Shown: positions 13,102-23,832 of the stretch, piece after piece | Layout of the letters: the number at the start of each line of letters is the position of its first letter | How positions within the stretch are numbered: position 1 is the first letter of the stretch | Origin: Klebsormidium nitens | Taxonomy: Eukaryota; Plantae; Klebsormidiophyceae | Assembly: GCA_000708835.1 (NCBI GenBank) | Contig: DF237076.1 | Span: forward strand, 1 to 64,000 | DNA length: 64,000 bases | Reading direction: 5' to 3' | The notes under the pieces: generated by a model | Seen by the model: the letters and a program-made list of their open reading frames with translations, nothing else | Told to the model about the DNA's origin: nothing | Database searches by the model: none | Made by a program: the position numbers and the translations under genes

Positions 13102-13196
13102 TGGTGGTGTGACCGCGGTGGACTGTTGCTTCAAGGCCGATACTTGCCATTGTAGATGGTGGTTTGACCACCGGTGAATGCTTGCTTCAAGGCCAA
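13102..13196. repeat. Degenerate ~55-bp tandem duplication
   Basis: tggtggt(g/t)tgacc...ttgcttcaaggcc at 13102-13140 and 13157-13196. Confidence 0.6.
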
Positions 13197-13969
13197 CATC
13201 TGTCCAACTAGGCGCATGACTGGTGCTGGGCGACAGTGCCGTGCATATGACCTGATACTCAGACGCGTCACCCGTCTCAACCACAGCCGCCGAGAAGTCG
13301 ATCTACTAACGACCTGTCAAAAGGGGTTAAAGAAGTTAGTTGGGGTCATTGGTCATGAACGTAGTGTAAAAGGCTATTTCGGAAATGAGCTACGAATCGT
13401 CATGTCTGGTTCGACTCTCGGTTTAACTTTACACCGCAAATTGAAGAAGCTGCGCGGTCTGCACTGTAATCACAGCGGTGCACCCTGGCTGGTACTGTGA
13501 AGTGGGCGCAAAGTGATGATGAGACGACCGGTGGCCACAAGCAGAGTCGCTCCGCTCGAAATGCACCATCATAGTGGCAACTCGAAGGTGACGGGTCTGA
13601 TTGGGCACGTGAACAGGTTGAAGAAACGCTGTAACCGCAAGGTACTTGATGTTTCCACTGACGCGGACAGCTTGACAAAGACCTGAAAAAGGCTTTCCCG
13701 ACACAAATGCCTACCAAATTGGTCCGCTACTTTCACAAACATATACTTTATTCCCATAACCGCATGTGCTGATCAAATGAGTTCTCGGAAACTCAAGGAT
13801 CACTGCAATGTGTCGTCAGTACTGTTTCGGCAGGGAAGGGAGCGGACTGACGCTTTCAAACAGAGGTTTAGAGTCTGACAGGTCCCTAGCAGAGCTGCCG
13901 ACTTCAAACAATCACTTCAGTCTCCTGCCTAGAAACAAGAATTCGGAGGGTGTTGAAAGTCGCACTCAC

Positions 13970-14622
13970 GTATCGGCTCAATCAACCCGCTTTGCTGGTT
14001 CAAAAGGGGTTCGCCATGAGCTCCTCAGCGGCATCCGGCAGCACACGCTGCAAGACGGGGAAGACGCCGTCCGTCATGAACGTCATAAGCGTCGTTTCAG
14101 ACGACGGCACTGCTCGATCGTTTACAGAAGCAGGCCACTTGAACCGAATTCCACCTGCAGTTGCAAGGATCGTGATGCACGCTGGAGGAATGCCGAAGGT
14201 GTGGAAGCTTGTGGTTAAGCCCCTGCGTGCCGACAAAACGACTGCGAAGAGACAGGAGAGTCATCCTTATGGGACCCAAACGACACGCAATGCTTCCCTA
14301 CTTCTGGAAACAATCGCATCACTTGCCGACCGAGGAGCTTTGCCGCCCTCGTCCGCGTAGCTCCGCATGCAGCCGAGCATCGAGTGACTGATCGTCATTT
14401 TTCCTACTGATCGGGTGATTTTGAAAAGTCACCAACAGCCGGATATTCAAAGGCGTACCTTACAGTTGAAGTGCGTGTAACACTGGCGGCCGTAGGTCTC
14501 CAGCGCTCGCGCACATGTGTCTCACCGTCACGAGCTGCGAGCTGCCTTGTTTTGTGGCGCCAGGATCAGAAGCCACGCCAGCACGGCCCAGATGCCGTCC
14601 TTCTCGTGGATGTGGTCCGAGC
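13970..14622 (-). pseudogene. PGM: Phosphoglucomutase pseudogene fragment (C-terminal half), intron-containing
   Basis: Exon 14622-14459 (ttgcag|...|gtacgc) reads [22 protein letters not shown], matching the PGM motif [22 protein letters not shown]. After three 1-nt deletions it reads LVTV..VRERW.TYGRQCYTHF, matching LVTVEDIVRQHWATYGRHYYTRY. The next exon 14047-13970 (ttgcag|...|gtgagt) reads RVLPDAAEELMANPF* (cf. VDAGAAKELMA). In-frame TGA stops are present. Confidence 0.85.
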
Positions 14623-15563
14623 CTGCAAAGCAACAAACATAGGAGAGCATTCAGAACAGAAGAGAGGAGCACAAGCGACAAACAAGCACCGGATTGAAAC
14701 TTGGTGCGCGGCCACAGGGCGACCTGACATCTGGCGGTGGTCGTCGATCTTCGGCCCAACCGAGAAGCAACAAACGGTCCCTTGCAAACAGAAGACATGA
14801 AAGGGTCGTAGGAATTACGCACGGCAGCGCTGCAAGACTTGCGATGCCAACAACACGTAAGTCATGCAGGCATAGAGTCTCAACGCTTCCTTCAGTTCCA
14901 GCTTCCTGCATTTTCCGTGGCTCCTTTTTCCACCTTTAATTGACTACTTCATCCGAGCCCATGCGATTGCGCCCTCTGCCCCGCTTCACGCTTTCTCTTC
15001 TTCCACTACAATACACCGAGCTTTGACGTGTCACAAAGGAGCTTACCCTTTTCAAAGACCTTCCTTCCAATGACCGAACAGAAGCCGGAATCCAGGAGAG
15101 CTCGAGGAGTCCCCACTAAAGAGTACCTGCACCCAATAGGAGCAATTGATGGACCCTGAACTGGAGATTAGCATTCGGCCTCCTGACCTGACTGGTCCTC
15201 ATGAGATGGGGAACTGCAACCAGTCCGCTTTTGCCGATGTTTTAGATGTGATTGAAAATGCATCTGAAGCATAACACCGGCTACTTCTCCAGCCTCAAAA
15301 AATAATTGGCTACAAAAGCTTTATGCTTTAAACTTTCTTTGCAAGAATGGGATACGAGTCCGTCGGTTTCCTTCGATCATTCAATACCATGTTACAATGA
15401 CTGCCAAACTGATTTTCCCGCATTTTGGATCCGTCACATAGCTAGAAAGACTCCTGTAATGCAACCCTCAGGCAGGATGTCCTTGGAGTTTTGCGAGTTC
15501 TGACGGTTCGAAACCCCTACCTTTTCGTCAATACGGCGGACAGTTTGTTGCTTCCAGGGGCAC

Positions 15564-16625
15564 CTAAGACTCGGAGGGCGTTGCTTTGAGTGCGGTGCCC
15601 TCTTTCCTGGCCCTCCATTGTCGCTTTGACCTGACGCTGTCGCATGCCTTGCAAAGACTGTCCAGACCATCGACGGCGCCTGGTACCTTCTTCATCTCAG
15701 CGGGGGGCTTGCGCAGTTGGCACACCCTGCAGCGCTTCATCATCGGCTGCACAAGAACGCCGGACTTCTTCCGTTTGACATACTCAAGCCGGTTGTGGTC
15801 GCTGCAGCAGATCTTGCAGGTTGGGTGAAGGCCGCTGCGAGCTCTCTTGCACGACGCGAAGTCGTCCGGGGGCTTGACCTTCCCGCAGCGATTGCAGCAC
15901 TGGGGAGTGTCCGCAGGAGCTTTGGCCGGATATGTCTTGCAATACAGCGCTACGCAGCCCCGGCAGCGCAAGTTGAATCCATCCTTTCTGCTGATGTCCG
16001 ACCCGAAGTCACGCAGCTCCTTCACAAGCCCGCAGCGCGAGCACTTCCGAGCCCTCTCCCAGGCTTCCTCGACACTCAACGTGAGCTGATGATTCTTTGC
16101 GCCAGACTTCTTTGCTCTAAGAGCTGCGGAGCACGCGCGGCACTCATCCTTGTGCAGCTCGACGTACTTCCTCATTTCAAAGTCGCACAGCAGCTTCGCA
16201 TGACCGCACCGGGGGCACACTTTCGTGGAACCATTGTCAGGCCCGACTGCCGATGCCTCCGCTTGTGCGTATTCTAACTCTTCTCTCGCTTCAACAGCGC
16301 CTTGTCTACTTGAGCAGATTGGCGTCTCCCGTCCGTCCGCCGCAACTCGAATGACAGGCGCCAAGCAATGCCTTCTAGCCTCTGAATGATTGCTAAAGAG
16401 GCTGATTCTACAGATCAGCTTGCAGCGATGCTGAGCAACCAAACCCCCGGAACGGCTGATGCCATTGGTGGCACAACTAAGGAGCCCCTCTTTCCACCTA
16501 CCACAATTAGCCTTGCCGCTTATGAGAGGAGTGCAGACAAAGCGAATCGCGAATGCTGCTTCAGGTGCTTTGGCGGGAGCCAGTGCAGGTCTTGCCGTTG
16601 CAGGCGCCACCATAACGTTTGCCAT
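15564..16625 (-). CDS. Intronless protein with four tandem CxxC-x21/22-CxxC zinc-ribbon repeats and an Ala/Arg/Ser-rich N-terminal extension
   Basis: 353-aa ATG ORF. The units CPRCGHAK..DF..CRAC, CSRCGLVK..DF..DG..CRGC, CNRCGKVK..DF..SG..CKIC and CRVCQLRK..EM..DG..CKAC lie at about 16217-15642. Confidence 0.85.
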   Translation of the reverse strand: MANVMVAPATARPALAPAKAPEAAFAIRFVCTPLISGKANCGRWKEGLLSCATNGISRSGGLVAQHRCKLICRISLFSNHSEARRHCLAPVIRVAADGRETPICSSRQGAVEAREELEYAQAEASAVGPDNGSTKVCPRCGHAKLLCDFEMRKYVELHKDECRACSAALRAKKSGAKNHQLTLSVEEAWERARKCSRCGLVKELRDFGSDISRKDGFNLRCRGCVALYCKTYPAKAPADTPQCCNRCGKVKPPDDFASCKRARSGLHPTCKICCSDHNRLEYVKRKKSGVLVQPMMKRCRVCQLRKPPAEMKKVPGAVDGLDSLCKACDSVRSKRQWRARKEGTALKATPSES

Positions 16626-16858
16626 GAATACGAAGGGCGTCGAATTGCACGCAAGGCCGCGCTTCCTCTGCGCTGGTGCCGCCCCTCAGGCTCTTAATAT
16701 TATAAGTTTAATAATATCAGCAGTTCTGTTCATCATCATGCAATGCAATGCAGAGAGAAGCCCAGTTCTCACTGATAATAGCCAATCAAAACCCAATCCT
16801 GATCACATGGTCATTCCACGTGCACTTTGAACGAATCAGAATCAGGTGCATGAGTCAC

Positions 16859-16930
16859 CGCGGCCGCGCGCCTGCCAGCGCGCGGCCGCGTACGGTTCTC
16901 CTACCTTTATGTATGGGCCCCGTATGGGCT
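16859..16930. promoter_or_regulatory. 13-bp all-GC hairpin plus two site-II-like TGGGCY motifs upstream of the zinc-ribbon gene
   Basis: CGCGGCCGCGCGC-ctgcca-GCGCGCGGCCGCG at 16859-16890; tgggcc at 16914 and tgggct at 16925. The regulatory role is inferred from position. Confidence 0.4.
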
Positions 16931-18202
16931 GGCTCAGCCTGGCTGTCTGCACCTCGGCCAAAACATTTCGCGTGTTCTGAATGGTCACATTGATGGTCTC
17001 CCTCATTCCACTGCAAACATTAGACTTAGGTTGCCACGTTACTTGTAAAGTCAAGAGCTGTCATGGCTTGTCTGGAGCCCGCAAATGCACCTGAAGCTGC
17101 AGCCAGCTTCACTTCACGCTTCTCTTTGATCGCAAACTTCTGAATCCTTGCAATTGCCTGCTGAACAGACTGTGTCTAGAATATGTCCTCTGGCCGTCGA
17201 ACCTCCTTCGTTAGTAATCAAGCAAAGGCTTTGCTGCGGTTCAAGCTCTATAAGGGCCCCGGTTCAGTAGCTTCGAAGTGCTCCTACTCGCACAAATGAT
17301 TCGCCGTTGCAAGCAACTTGAAGACGTAGACGTCATCCTATCGACAAAACATTTGTGATTATCAATAGATGCGGCTACCATATACGGTACGGTCAGAGGG
17401 GACAATAATATCCGGCCAAGCTGGATTGGGATGACCAGCATAGGTTGCCGATGCTTTCTACCAGCAATGAAGCTGTGTGGATGCAAGTCATGGGTAGCTC
17501 CAGCAGTGAGTATTTTCAGAGATGGCATGGTGTGCGCGGCTGACTGACGCTTGCAATCGGTCGAGGCGGTTCAGTCGCTTGCATGAATAAATTAATGTTG
17601 CACCATCAAGTGAACTTGAATCATAATCGTACTAGAATGAAGGACGACTGCTTGATCGGTGAGGATAGTATGCATATTTCGTTTTTTGCTTACAGTAGTC
17701 GGATATGCTTGAAAAGAATCTTACAACGGCACCCAAATAAGCTGCGCATCGCACGTGTTTTCTTCGTCTTCGGCTGTGCTGTTTGCAGCATGCCACAGCT
17801 GAAGCTTTTCTAGCTGTTATCTAGACTCCGAGCCCCAGTTCAACACGTTTACAGCCTTCGTATGTTGGTTATACAACAGCTTACTTTAGAATAGCGCACT
17901 AATCAAACTACTGGTTGTTCACACACTATTGAGTGCGAGGTATCCAACACCTGCAAGCTTCCGTATGCGCTACCTTGTTTTGTATCTCCCTCCCTGACGA
18001 CCCACCCCTCCCCCAATTGCACAGCCCGCTTCTATACACAACGGTGCGACTGACGACAACCTTTCCAGTTATGATCCTGACAACCCTGCCATGTGCGCGA
18101 GTTTTACCTTTTCAAACGCAAATGAATATTAGCAGCCAACACAAGTTTCTACAGGTTATATGAAAAGCAGTAAGAGCTGCGCTCGTATGCTGCCTGTGCT
18201 GC

Positions 18203-21200
18203 CTAAACCGTCACGTCCCCGCCTTGCGCCTTGACCAGCTGCCGCATGCGCGCGAGCAGCAGCTCGAGCCGCCGCGCGAGGTGGGCCGCGGTCGGCCGCG
18301 CGGCCGCGTCTTGCTCCCAGCACGCCTCGACGATGTCAATCAGCGGCTGCCCCACCGCGCGGCACTCCGCGGGCCAGGGGTAGCGGCCGCCGTCCGCCAG
18401 GTGGAGCCGCAGCTCCTGAAGAAGACGAGCGAGAGTTTAGGAAGGGGTTTTAGCGGCCGATCTGGGCATGGACAGAAATTTGGACATCCAGTCCTAGTGA
18501 CAAATCTCCGAATTGCGAGAACGAAGTTTGATTGGTAATCAAAGTCCCGCCCTCTTCTAGATAATTTTCAGAGACTGAAAGGCGAGCGACAAAGAAAAGC
18601 TGCATCCATTGCGATGTCTTGCCGCATCCACTTTACATTTTCGAAGAAACGAATAAGATTCGACTCGACGACGGCAGCAGGGGATGCACTATGGACGGCG
18701 TTCATTCTGCGCTTCGTTTCTGGGGTCACTCACAATGTCGAAAGTAAAGCCATCGGAGGGCAGCCTGCCCGTGACGAGCGTGTAGAAGGTGACGCCAGCC
18801 GCAAAGATGTCCCCCGTCATGTCCTGGGACTGCCGGTCGTGAGCCTCCGGGGGGCAGTAGCCAGCGGTCGACGTCTGCCAGGGAACAGGATTACAGCGGT
18901 TTGAATTTGAGTTTGCACGCTGGCCTGGAACGCACAATTTGTTGAGCTTGCAAGATATTCGCTTGAAGGGGTCCAAAATACGGTCTAGTACACTTCTGTT
19001 AGAGACGATAGCAAAGACTTCAAAACATTAAATGCACTCATATCTCGGCGAATCATCTTCGTAAGGAACCATCTTCGCAGGAGCGGTGCAGATGTAAGCT
19101 GCCTCCAGCATCTTTCCAGCACGAAGGAACGGCGTCAAAAAGACACTTATTTTCCTCCAGACAATCGAGCAGAAGTACGACTGAAAGGTCTTTGTATGTT
19201 GAGAACTAGTTCCAGCCAGCGCTCACCACTCCGCTGGCGGCGGCCTCGTGCGGTCGGAGGGCGAGCCCGAAGTCGCTGACGCAGGGCACTCCCCCGAGCA
19301 GGTGCACGTTGTCCAGCTTGACGTCACGATGCACCACGCCCGCCCGGTGGATGTCCCCGACTCCTCGAGCGATCTCCAGGCCCAGCCACGTGGCCCAGTA
19401 GAAGTCGGCCGCGCTCGCGAGCACCCTGCCCGCGACGAAGAGCGGCGCGGCCGCGTCGGCGAGCGGCAGCAGGAGCGCGACGCGGCCGCGCACCAGGGCG
19501 TACCCCGCGAGCGGCATCACGCGCGGGCCGCGGCACGCGTCCATGAAGCGGGCCTGAAAAGGGAAGCGGGGCGACTTCTTTTTAAGCTGTCGTCAAAACG
19601 GATAGATTGCAAAACACTTTTTCGGGAGACATTAAGAATCGTGAACGGTTTTAGCATATCAAACAGGAGCCCAAGGACATCACGAAGGGCGGACGAAAGC
19701 CTGATCAGCACGTTCGAACCAGAACCGCAAACGAAGCTCTTACGTCTCGTTCGAAATAGGCATTGCAAGACCGATAAGAAGGAATATCTTTCAATCCAGT
19801 CGGCGGAAGAGAGTTTTGCGGATAGATTTAAGCCGCTGAACGTCATTGAAGGCAAAACTTCTTGCTCACCTCGTTGATCTGGTTGTTCAAGTACCGCCCG
19901 TCCTCTCCCGGCAGCTCGACCTTCATCGCGTAGTCGCGCCACGTGCCGGCCTCGTCGGCAGCTCGCACGTGATAGACCACTGCCTCTCCACCCTGTGATT
20001 GAAAGAAGAAGACTGTCAGCGGCGCGCACGGAAGACATTTCATCTTCGCAAAGATCTTCTTGGGGCTGTTATGCAATTGTGAGGAGCATCCGCCCGAAAA
20101 GATGGCCTTTCGTGAGCGTACTGCTTGCGCCGTCGCCAAAAATGCCGAAGCTCCTCAATCTTCTGAAGATTGGAGAAAGCCTCAGTGAATGGACCGAAAG
20201 CGAGAAATTGCAAAGATCAACCAGAGAGTCAAGTGTAAAGGCTATCCGTTGCTGGATTTCAGACGAGATTTATTTCGGCCGAACTCGCAAACCTTCTGCT
20301 CCTCGAGAAATGCCAGACACGCATACGGTTGATGTCAGTTCAGGTATAAAGTGTTGCGATGTTCACTGAAGACGTCAGGAACAATAAACTTACCCGGCCG
20401 AGCTCCTTAACCAGCTTCCACTTGCTGACGAATTTGGGGGGGCACGCGAAGTCCGCAAACAGGTGGTCCAAGGGCCCCTGCGAGGGAAATGAGAAGCAAA
20501 ATGAGCACATGGTCAGGAGATTGGTGGCAGCTTCTGACGTTAGAATGATAGCCTGGGAGCAGAAAGTAGGCGCTGTGGCCTTTGAGATGCTTATAAGCCG
20601 CAGAGAATCCAACTTTTGACTGCCAGGTAAAGAAGAATCAAGGGAGACACGCGAGTTTCAAAACTATCGCTAGTTCCTTTTTTGCAGTTCAACATTCCAA
20701 GAAAACAATGTCCTTCCCTTGGCGACACAGACATGAGAGCTATAACGAAATTCAAGTACATACTACTGAAACTCGCTCAAATCCCGACCCTGAAATGTTG
20801 GTTGCAGTTTCTCACCTTGCTCGGCCGCTGCTCCTCAGCGCCGCTATCGTCTCCCCGCCTGCCGACTTGCGCCTCCTCCAGCGTGGTGTGAATCGGCCCC
20901 TCGTCCATTTCTGCCGCACCCTCAGCCTCCCCCCTCAATTCTGCCGCCACAGGCTCCCCCCAGATCGTTTCTAAATTCCCCTCTGCCGTTCGAACCTCTT
21001 CCACCTCCTGCTCCCTCGCATCAATCTTTTCGATCTCCTTTTTTTGGATGCTTTTTGAGGACTTTTCTGTTGATTCTGCTTCCGGTTCGAGGGACTGCTC
21101 TGGCAGCGGGGGGTAAGAGGCTCCTGAGAACGGGTTGACAGAGGTCTGTGAGAACAGCATGACGTTAGCGGAGGCTGCCCGGGGGATCTCGATCGCGAAG

Positions 21201-22508
21201 GCGTCGCCTGAGAAGAGGCCGACGGGGGTAAGATCCTGGGGGCTCTGCTCCGTCTGAGAATCAGTCGTTTGAGGCACGGGAGCAGGCTGGAACTCAGGAG
21301 CCTGGTTCTCAAGGGGGGCAGGGGCGGAGGGCTTCGCAGCCGCGGATGACGCCTGTGAAAGGATAACACGTTTGCTTTAGCTCGCGGTTCGTTTAAACAT
21401 TGATGAAGTGAAGCTTCCAAGAGGTTGTAAACCGGGAAGGGAGTAACACATGTGAGCAAATCACGTTGCTTGACTCTGACCTTCTCCCCCCAGAGATTGC
21501 TTTGCTGAATGAAGAATTTTTTCTCAAGCTTGGAGTAGATGCGTTGGAAAACCAAGTGACGACCTGATACCAGATTTTCTATGTCTGACACTGGTTTTAA
21601 ACTGCTCCAGCAAACACAGTGCAAACGTTTTCATGAGGTTTCAGCACACCTAAAAATAATACCAGGATCTCAAAAAACATTCCACTCCATTGATTTCACC
21701 AGTAAATTTACTCTGCTTCAAACCAAGAGCAGCTTTTAGCCACTTGGTAAACAATAGGAACCTAAACAAACATGAACAGCCACAGAATCTCTATAATTCC
21801 AGAAAGCCTTGAAACTCGACCAAAATTTGGTTCGTACGAGTTACAAAGAGAGATACGAGGCTTCAAGGAAAGCAGGTCAAAAGAACAAGAGACACAGATC
21901 GATGTCATGACTTTCCAACAGTAAAAGACTGTTAGTGAGTATTAAACCTGATGGTTTCGAAGGAAAAATCTACAAAAGATTGTCTGTCACTACATCTCAC
22001 CAAAAGAAAGATGCATCATTCCTCACTCCTACAAGATAAAGTGCATCAGGCTAACACGTTTCAGTTTGTTCAAAAGTTCTGTCTTCAGAGGTTTTTTTCA
22101 TGAACAAACAACAAATGCCAAGTCTGTCTGAAAAGGAAAGGGCAGCTCGAGCAGACTCACCGGCTCAATTTCTGTCTCTCCTGCCTCGAGGAACTCGACC
22201 TCAGCCTCCTCCTCCTGCCTCCTTCCTCCCTCTCCTCCCTCCTGCACATCCCCCTCCTCTCCTCCCTCCTGAACAAGCACCCCCTCCTGCTCTCCCTCCT
22301 GAACATCCCCCCCTGAAATCTCGCCATCATCCACCAGCGGGGCCTCCCGTGCATTCTGCAGACGCTCCCCCCCCGCTGGGACGACCTCAAATCCTGTAGC
22401 TGCGCTCAAGCTGCTGTACACGCAGTCTCTGACTGCGGCGTTAAGTGCAGAGGCACCGTCAACGCAAAAGTCTACTAGTGTCTGGAAACCGCAGAACAGA
22501 GCCTCCAT
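18203..22508 (-). CDS. Ser/Thr protein kinase with long acidic, low-complexity N-terminus (~590 aa)
   Basis: Seven exons, all phase 0: 22508-22161, 21352-20816, 20477-20394, 19992-19870, 19553-19227, 18874-18734, 18415-18203. Motifs: ELGRGGEAVVY, YAMK, HRDVKLDN, SDFG, GYCPPE, DIFAAG, CWEQDAAARPT; stop TAG. Confidence 0.92.
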
Positions 22509-22729
22509 CTTGCTAAGCGCTGATCACAACTACTCTAGGCTAGCTCGTGAGCAAACTCGCAGGGGCGCAGCACGCAACGAAAGCACAAGCACGTCGCTAA
22601 TGAGGGCGCCAGTGCGCTCGAAGCTGTATCTCTCTGTAGCAGAGAAATGAGGGCATTGTTGACGAAGCAGAAAGTTTCGTGTCATCATTCATGCAAGCTC
22701 GAAGTCGCGGCACAACGCGCAGCGCGGAT

Positions 22730-22920
22730 CGCGCGGCCGCCGCGCGTCGTTTAGGCCGCTTGCGGCCGGGCCGCCGCCCGGCCGTTCAAGCTGGTTCAAG
22801 CCCTGCCTTATGCCCTGCCTCCATCAGGGCCGAGAACCTCAAACCTTGCAAGTGCTAGGTACACACCAGCCTAGACGGTACGGTTGGCATGCCCGCACGC
22901 GATTCATGCATGGGCCCATC
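22730..22920. promoter_or_regulatory. Cluster of GC hairpins plus TGGGCC motif upstream of the kinase gene
   Basis: cgcgcgg/ccgcgcg at 22730-22746, ggccgc/gcggcc at 22754-22767, cggccggg/cccggccg at 22763-22784; tgggccca at 22911. Function is inferred. Confidence 0.35.
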
Positions 22921-23832
22921 AACTTGATCTACCGTACACACGTCATCAACCAAACAAACGGGTTGATGTTTGTATGTATGGTTCATAGTCATGCCAGATC
23001 ACAGGTCGTGGGCGCGCGCGTTGCATGTGTAAAGTTAGGGCGCGGGCCCTAAACTTATCTAATGATATACATTTGTGCGCAGCCGGCTTGGATTTGATTA
23101 ACCCTCTCATACTTAATCTGTAATTTCGGTAATTCTATCTTCGATGCTCAGGTGGCTGATTTAGTGACGCAAATCACATGCCAGAAGGCCCATGCACTTT
23201 GTAAAACGGCGTGACATGTCAGTTTCATGGATTGAACATGCATGCCATGTGAGCCTCATCGGAATCTACATGCAACTGCGACAGGCCTCGACAGCCGCCT
23301 CTGTATACCACGATCAACTCAGCGCCAAAGTACCCAAACGTCGTTCAGTGACGACGTATGGTAGGAAAGGTGTGTCACTGTTGATAGTTAAAATAAGTAT
23401 AAGAATCCACAGGCATGGGCAACAGCAGACTCGCTCCGACAACTCAAGCAATAAGCAGATAGATCATTGTTTTTAGTCAAGGTTTCAAGAAAGGTAACCA
23501 ACGGTCACCAACTTTCCAGGGTCAAAGTGGCCTACTGTAGCACGCGTGCCAGTCTGCTTGCTTATTGTGTGAGAGAGTGTTCAAAATAAAGGTTCGTGTT
23601 CGACCTGCGATATGCTAGGCATCTCCTATCATACTCAAATCGCTCTCATTTGACTTAGTCTGCCGCTCTTTCTGGTCCCCAACTTGAACAGCCAACTTCG
23701 AAGTTCAACGAGCGTGATATCGGATCAACCCAGAGCAACACTTTGCATCCGCTGCGCCTCAAATCGCTATACAAGCCTATCATCAAGTTAGTAGTTAGGA
23801 AGTAATTTCAGCTGCCCCTAACCGGCAAGTGA

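Noticed and set aside
13950-14360. 136-aa plus-strand ORF and neighbouring short ORFs
   Set aside because: They lie antisense to the PGM pseudogene exons and have no independent support.
15717-16277. 186-aa plus-strand ORF
   Set aside because: Antisense shadow of the zinc-ribbon gene; no motif.
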